DNA from: Candidatus Eiseniibacteriota bacterium | GTDB lineage: Bacteria; Orphanbacterota; Orphanbacteria; Orphanbacterales; Orphanbacteraceae | Assembly (NCBI GenBank): GCA_043809585.1 | Contig: JBDROZ010000041.1 | Span: 46,028-66,027, forward strand | Reading direction: 5' to 3' | DNA length: 20,000 nucleotides | Shown: piece by piece, positions 15,885-20,000 of the stretch | Layout: every line of letters starts with the position of its first letter | Numbering within the stretch: position 1 is the stretch's first letter | Made by a program: the position numbers and the translations under genes | The notes under the pieces: generated by a model | The model's database searches: none | What the model was told of the DNA's origin: nothing | Seen by the model: only the letters and a program-made list of their open reading frames with translations

Positions 15885-17027
15885 CTATCCTTTCAGCACT
15901 TCCCGGCCGATGGTGGAGCGCTGAATCTCCGACGTGCCCTCGAAGATCTCCGCCGCCTTGGCGTCCCGGTAGATCTGCTCCATCCGGTACTCCCGCATGT
16001 ATCCGTATCCGCCGTGGATCTGGATCGACTTGCCAGCGACGCGGGTGGCCGTTTCGGTGGCGAAGAGCTTCGCCTGCGACGCCTGCCGCGAGTAGGGCAT
16101 CCCCTTCTCCTTCCGCCAACCCGCCTCGTAGGTCAGGAAGCGGGCGGCGTCGATCTCGGTGCGCATGTCGGCGAACATCCACTGGATCCCCTGGAAGTCG
16201 GCGATCTTGTGGCCGAACTGCTCCCGCTCGAGGGCGTAGCGCCGCGCGGCCTGGAACGCCTCCTCCGCCATGCCGACCGCGGAGGCGGCCACCGCCACCC
16301 GTCCCCCGTGGAGCGTCTCGAGGGCGATGCGGAGCCCTTTCCCCGGCTCGCCGAGCATGGCGGTCGCGGGCACTTCCACATCCGCGAAGATCAGCTCGCA
16401 CGTGGGCGAGCTCTTCAGCCCCATCTTCTTCTCCACCGTTCCCACGGAGAAGCCCTTCGCGTCCGAGTCGACGATGAATGCGGACATCCCCCGGAGACCC
16501 TTCCCTCCCCGGTCGAGGCGGGTGAAGAGGATGATGAAGTCCGCGACCGATCCGTTGGTGATGAAGATCTTGGCGCCGTTGATGACGTACCGGTTCCCCT
16601 TCTGCACCGCCACGGTCTTGATGTGGGAGGCGTCGGAACCCGCGTCCGGCTCGCTGAGGGCGTAGCAGCCGAGGAGCTCTCCCGTGGCCGATCCCCGCAG
16701 GTATTTCTGCTTCTGCTCTTCGGTCCCGAAATGGAGGAGCGGGTAGTTGACCAGCGAGTTGGAGAGACCCACGGTCATTCCCTGGCCCGCGCTCGCCCGG
16801 GAGATCTCCTCCGTGGCGATGATATAGCTGATGAAATCGAGCTCCTGGCCGCCGTACTCTTCGGGCACGCAGATTCCGAGAAACCCGTTCTCGGCGAGCC
16901 TGCGCGTCAGCTCCCGGGAGAACTCCCCCTTCTCTTCGGCCTCCATCGCCGCATCGCGGATCTGGTCCGCGAACTGGCGGGCCATGTTGCGGATCATCCC
17001 CTGTTCTTCGTTCAGGCTGAAGTCCAT
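15885..17027 (-). CDS. Acyl-CoA dehydrogenase (short/branched-chain, butyryl-CoA dehydrogenase-like)
   Basis: MDFSLNEEQGMIR start, YALSEPDAGSDA, INGAKIFITNG, EKKMG, REQFG, QIHGGYGY and IFEGTSEIQ (catalytic Glu position); 380 aa. Confidence 0.95.
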   Translation of the reverse strand: MDFSLNEEQGMIRNMARQFADQIRDAAMEAEEKGEFSRELTRRLAENGFLGICVPEEYGGQELDFISYIIATEEISRASAGQGMTVGLSNSLVNYPLLHFGTEEQKQKYLRGSATGELLGCYALSEPDAGSDASHIKTVAVQKGNRYVINGAKIFITNGSVADFIILFTRLDRGGKGLRGMSAFIVDSDAKGFSVGTVEKKMGLKSSPTCELIFADVEVPATAMLGEPGKGLRIALETLHGGRVAVAASAVGMAEEAFQAARRYALEREQFGHKIADFQGIQWMFADMRTEIDAARFLTYEAGWRKEKGMPYSRQASQAKLFATETATRVAGKSIQIHGGYGYMREYRMEQIYRDAKAAEIFEGTSEIQRSTIGREVLKG

Positions 17028-17131
17028 CTTCTCTCCCTGTCTCCCGGGCGGCTCGATTCCGCCGTCGCCCCCCCGGTCCGCCGGGTCGAGGGGGGGCGTC
17101 TTTCGCTTCGCCCGCGGGCGCGGGCGTGTCG

Positions 17132-17914
17132 TTATCGACCCTTGAACTCGGCCTTCCTCTTCTCGAGGAACGCCCCGCACCCTTCCTTCGCGTCCTCCGT
17201 GCCGTTCACCAGACCGAAGAGGACCGCCTCGTAGGCGCATCCCTCTTCCAGAGTCATGCCGAGGCCGCGCTGGATCGCCTCGAGAGAGTAGCGGACGGCG
17301 AGAGGGCCGACCTTGTATGCGTCTCCGAGGATCGCCTCGCACGCCGGAATCAACTCCGCGGCGGGGACCACCCGGTTCACGAGACCGATCCGGAACGCCT
17401 CGTCGGCCTTCACGTTCCGGCCCGTCACGATCAGCTCCGCCGCGATTCCCTTGCCGACGATGCGCGCGAGCCGCTGGGTGCCCCCGTACCCCGGGATGAG
17501 CCCGAGCTTCACTTCCGGCTGGCCGAAGACCGCGTTTTCCGCGGCGACCCGCATGGTGCAGGCGAGGGCGAGCTCGCACCCGCCGCCGAGGGCAAACCCG
17601 TTCACGGCGGCGATCACCGGCTTGCCGGCGGTCTCCACGAGGCCGAACACGTGCTGGCCCCGGAGGGCGAACTGCCGCGCCTCTTCGGGGTCCAGCACCG
17701 CGAGCTCCGAGATGTCGGCGCCGGCGACGAACGCCTTCTCCCCTTCGCCGGTCACGATCACGCCCCGCACGTCGTCGTCCCGCCGGAGGCCGAGAAAGAT
17801 CTCCCGCAGCTCGTTCATGGTCTCGGCGTTCAGCGCGTTCAGCACCTTCGGCCGGGCGATCCGCACGTAGGCGGTCGGGCCCTTCTTCTCGAGGATGACG
17901 TTTTTCGCGTCCAT
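17132..17914 (-). CDS. Enoyl-CoA hydratase/crotonase
   Basis: RPKVLNALN, AFVAGADI, AVNGFALGGGCEL and GQPEVKLGLIPGYGGTQRL, with both catalytic Glu present. AAAGGAAGG Shine-Dalgarno upstream. Confidence 0.95.
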   Translation of the reverse strand: MDAKNVILEKKGPTAYVRIARPKVLNALNAETMNELREIFLGLRRDDDVRGVIVTGEGEKAFVAGADISELAVLDPEEARQFALRGQHVFGLVETAGKPVIAAVNGFALGGGCELALACTMRVAAENAVFGQPEVKLGLIPGYGGTQRLARIVGKGIAAELIVTGRNVKADEAFRIGLVNRVVPAAELIPACEAILGDAYKVGPLAVRYSLEAIQRGLGMTLEEGCAYEAVLFGLVNGTEDAKEGCGAFLEKRKAEFKGR

Positions 17915-18051
17915 GATCGCCTTCCTTTCGTTGGCGGAGTCGGCGAAGGGGCCGGGCCCGGCGCGCGGACGCCGGGGGAATGTCCTGCCCTCGCCGGAGC
18001 GGGGTCGGCGGCCTCCGCGCCGGGGTCGGCCGCCGGAAGTGACAACGACTC

Positions 18052-18081
18052 AACATACCGGGGGCCCTCGCGGGATGTCAA
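18052..18081 (-). promoter_or_regulatory. Sigma70-type promoter for the crotonase/acyl-CoA dehydrogenase pair
   Basis: TTGACA (18081-18076), 18-nt spacer, TATGTT (18057-18052). Confidence 0.7.
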
Positions 18082-18138
18082 GGTCGTTGTCCGCGGGCCG
18101 CGGCCTCTATCCTGTTACCCTCCAACGGGCTAAATGGA

Positions 18139-18168
18139 TTGACGCTCGCCCGGGGGCTCCGGTATCGT
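18139..18168 (+). promoter_or_regulatory. Sigma70-type promoter for the mutase gene (leaderless geometry)
   Basis: TTGACG (18139-18144), 18-nt spacer, TATCGT (18163-18168), then 6 nt to ATG 18175. Confidence 0.7.
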
Positions 18169-18174
18169 CCCCTC

Positions 18175-19848
18175 ATGAACGAATCCCGACCGGATGCCCG
18201 CGACGAGCTTCGCGCCGCTTTCGAACGGTGGCGGAAAGAGGTGTACGAGCCGGCCCGTGCCGAGTTCCCGGAACGGGAAGGGCCCTTCCTCACCCCCTCG
18301 GGGCTCGAGGTCGGACCGGTCTACACGCCCCTCGACGATTCCGGTCCGGGCGCCGCCGAACTGCCCGGCGTTTTCCCTTACACCCGCGGCATCCAGCCCA
18401 CGCTCTACCGCTCCCGGTTCTGGACCATGCGCCAGTACTCCGGCTTCGGCACCGCGGAGGAGACGAACGCGCGGTTCCGCTACCTTCTCGAGCAGGGCCA
18501 GACCGGGCTCTCCACCGCCTTCGACCTTCCGACGCAGATGGGCCTCGACTCGGACGACCCTCTCGCCGAGGGGGAGGTCGGGCGCGTGGGAGTCGCGATC
18601 GACACGATCGACGACATGCGGGTCCTCTTCGACGGGATCCCCCTGGACAAGGTGAGCGTGTCGATGACGATCAACGCGACGGCCGCCATGCTCCTCGCCC
18701 TCTACCTGGTCCTCGCCGAGGAGCGGGGCGTCCCGTGGGAGAAGCTCCGGGGGACGGTGCAGAACGACATCCTGAAGGAGTACGCCGCCCGGGGGACCTA
18801 CGTCTTCCCGCCGCGCCCGTCGATCCGCCTGATCACGGACCTCTTCGCCTTCTGCGAGGAGCGGGTGCCCCGGTGGAACAGCATCTCCGTGTCGGGCTAC
18901 CACATCCGGGAGGCGGGGGCGACGGCGGTGCAGGAACTCGCCTTCACCCTGGGCGACGCCCTCGCCTACCTCGAGGCGGCCCGCGACGCCGGACTCGACG
19001 TGGCGAAGATCGCCCGGCGGGTCACCTTCTTCTTCGACGTGATGAACGACCTGATGGAAGAGGTGGCGAAGTTCCGGGCGGCCCGGCGGCTCTGGGCGAC
19101 CCTCGCCCACGAGAGATTCGGCATACCGGAGGAGACGGTGCGCCTCAAGTTCCACGCCCAGACCGGGGGCTCCACTCTCACAGCGCAGCAGCCGGAGATC
19201 AACATCGCCCGCGTCACGGTGCAGGCCCTCGCGGCGGCTCTCGGCGGGGCCCAGTCGCTGCATACGAACTCCTACGACGAGGCCCTCGCCCTGCCGACCG
19301 AGTCTTCGGCGCGGATCGCCCTCCGGACCCAGCAGATTCTCGCCCACGAATCGGGCCTCGGCCACGTGGTCGATCCTCTCGGCGGCTCGCACTATCTGGA
19401 GCACCTGACGGACCGTATCGAGGCGGAGGTGCGGAAGCTCCTCGACCGGATCGACGAAGAAGGGGGCATGCCTGCAGCCATCGAGTCGGGGTTCGTGCAG
19501 CGGGAGATCCAGCGGAGCGCCTACGATTACCAGAAGAAGGTGGAGGCCGGAGAGCGGGTCGTGGTCGGCGTGAACCGGTTCGTCAGCGAAGCGAAGGAGG
19601 AGATCGCGGTCTTCGCCGTCGATCCGGCCCTCGAAACGGCCCAGCGGAAGAAGCTCGCCTCCGTCCGGTCCGCCCGGGACGGGAAGCGCCACGCCGGCGC
19701 GCTCGCCGCCCTCGAGGCCGGGGCCCGGGGGGAGGCGAATCTCATGCCCCTCGTCATCGACTGCGTGCGGGCGAAGGCCTCGATCGGCGAGATCTGCAAG
19801 GTCCTCGAGAGGGTGTTCGGCAAGCACAAGGAGATCGTGACGCTCTAG
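18175..19848 (+). CDS. Methylmalonyl-CoA mutase, large (substrate-binding) subunit; no B12-binding domain
   Basis: [70 protein letters not shown] and VVGVNRF motifs; no DxHxxG domain. The track start at TTG 18139 coincides with the -35 box, so ATG 18175 is preferred. Confidence 0.93.
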   Translation: MNESRPDARDELRAAFERWRKEVYEPARAEFPEREGPFLTPSGLEVGPVYTPLDDSGPGAAELPGVFPYTRGIQPTLYRSRFWTMRQYSGFGTAEETNARFRYLLEQGQTGLSTAFDLPTQMGLDSDDPLAEGEVGRVGVAIDTIDDMRVLFDGIPLDKVSVSMTINATAAMLLALYLVLAEERGVPWEKLRGTVQNDILKEYAARGTYVFPPRPSIRLITDLFAFCEERVPRWNSISVSGYHIREAGATAVQELAFTLGDALAYLEAARDAGLDVAKIARRVTFFFDVMNDLMEEVAKFRAARRLWATLAHERFGIPEETVRLKFHAQTGGSTLTAQQPEINIARVTVQALAAALGGAQSLHTNSYDEALALPTESSARIALRTQQILAHESGLGHVVDPLGGSHYLEHLTDRIEAEVRKLLDRIDEEGGMPAAIESGFVQREIQRSAYDYQKKVEAGERVVVGVNRFVSEAKEEIAVFAVDPALETAQRKKLASVRSARDGKRHAGALAALEAGARGEANLMPLVIDCVRAKASIGEICKVLERVFGKHKEIVTL

Positions 19849-20000
19849 CCTTAATCCGACAAAAAATCCCGGTGCAAATCGCTGACGCTCGCGCGATAGC
19901 ACGCCATCTGCCGCAGTGCTCGCATTCACCAATGCTCACATATCGTTGGATATGCTCCGCTTGGTGAATGCTCCGCGCTGCAGCATCTGACGCACTCTCG
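19846..20000. repeat. Nested imperfect palindrome; candidate ERIC/MITE-like element truncated by the window end
   Basis: Nested arms GCAGTGC/GCGCTGC (19913-19919/19975-19981), GCATTCACCAA/TTGGTGAATGC (19922-19932/19961-19971) and CATATC/GATATG (19939-19944/19949-19954). GC content drops right after the mutase TAG. Confidence 0.6.

Noticed and set aside
17047..17063. tRNA T-arm-like hairpin GGCGG-CTCGATT-CCGCC between the crotonase and dehydrogenase genes
   Set aside because: The loop lacks the TTC consensus, and no acceptor, D or anticodon arm can be built around it.
15885..18056. 723-aa ORF suggesting an N-terminally extended acyl-CoA dehydrogenase
   Set aside because: The extension is an out-of-frame reading of the crotonase gene. 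A typical acyl-CoA dehydrogenase start (MDFSL) lies at 17027.
19860..19885. AATCCCGGTGCAAATC resembles part of a cobalamin riboswitch near a B12 enzyme
   Set aside because: The preceding GGGAA, the closing CCGG and the B12-box are absent, and the site is downstream of the gene. The palindromic element explains the region better, though an Rfam scan would settle it.
17895..19967. 690-aa alternate-frame and 600-aa antisense ORFs over the mutase gene
   Set aside because: Shadow translations of a clear mutase gene: the alternate frame is R/P/G-rich and neither ORF shows recognisable motifs.
19913..19981. Short repeats (ATGCTCCGC twice) as a possible CRISPR array
   Set aside because: The repeats are too short and too closely spaced, with no repeat-spacer periodicity and no cas genes in the window.

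Overview
High-GC (roughly 70% by eye) bacterial chromosomal DNA, mostly housekeeping. Bases 1-13562 hold a division/cell-wall (dcw) operon on the minus strand: mraZ-rsmH-ftsL-ftsI-murE-murF-mraY-murD-ftsW-murG-murC-murB, with murB running off the window edge. The genes are almost all translationally coupled and are driven by a sigma70-type promoter overlapped by four MraZ boxes. Divergent from the operon is a lipoprotein-like sulfatase-fold/TPR gene carrying a non-canonical T-L-P-S-H nucleophile motif. Next come an enoyl-CoA hydratase plus acyl-CoA dehydrogenase pair (minus strand) and, divergent from them, a probably leaderless methylmalonyl-CoA mutase large subunit. The window ends inside a lower-GC nested palindrome that looks like an ERIC/MITE-type element starting at the mutase stop codon. 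I see no clear novel multi-gene system. The best leads are: (1) a G8 tract that removes the ftsL stop and creates an FtsL-to-MurE 1294-aa read-through; (2) substitutions in near-invariant motifs of MraY and MurE, which may be sequencing errors; (3) the Thr-type sulfatase-TPR protein; (4) three promoters that all have 18-nt spacers; (5) the terminal palindromic element.
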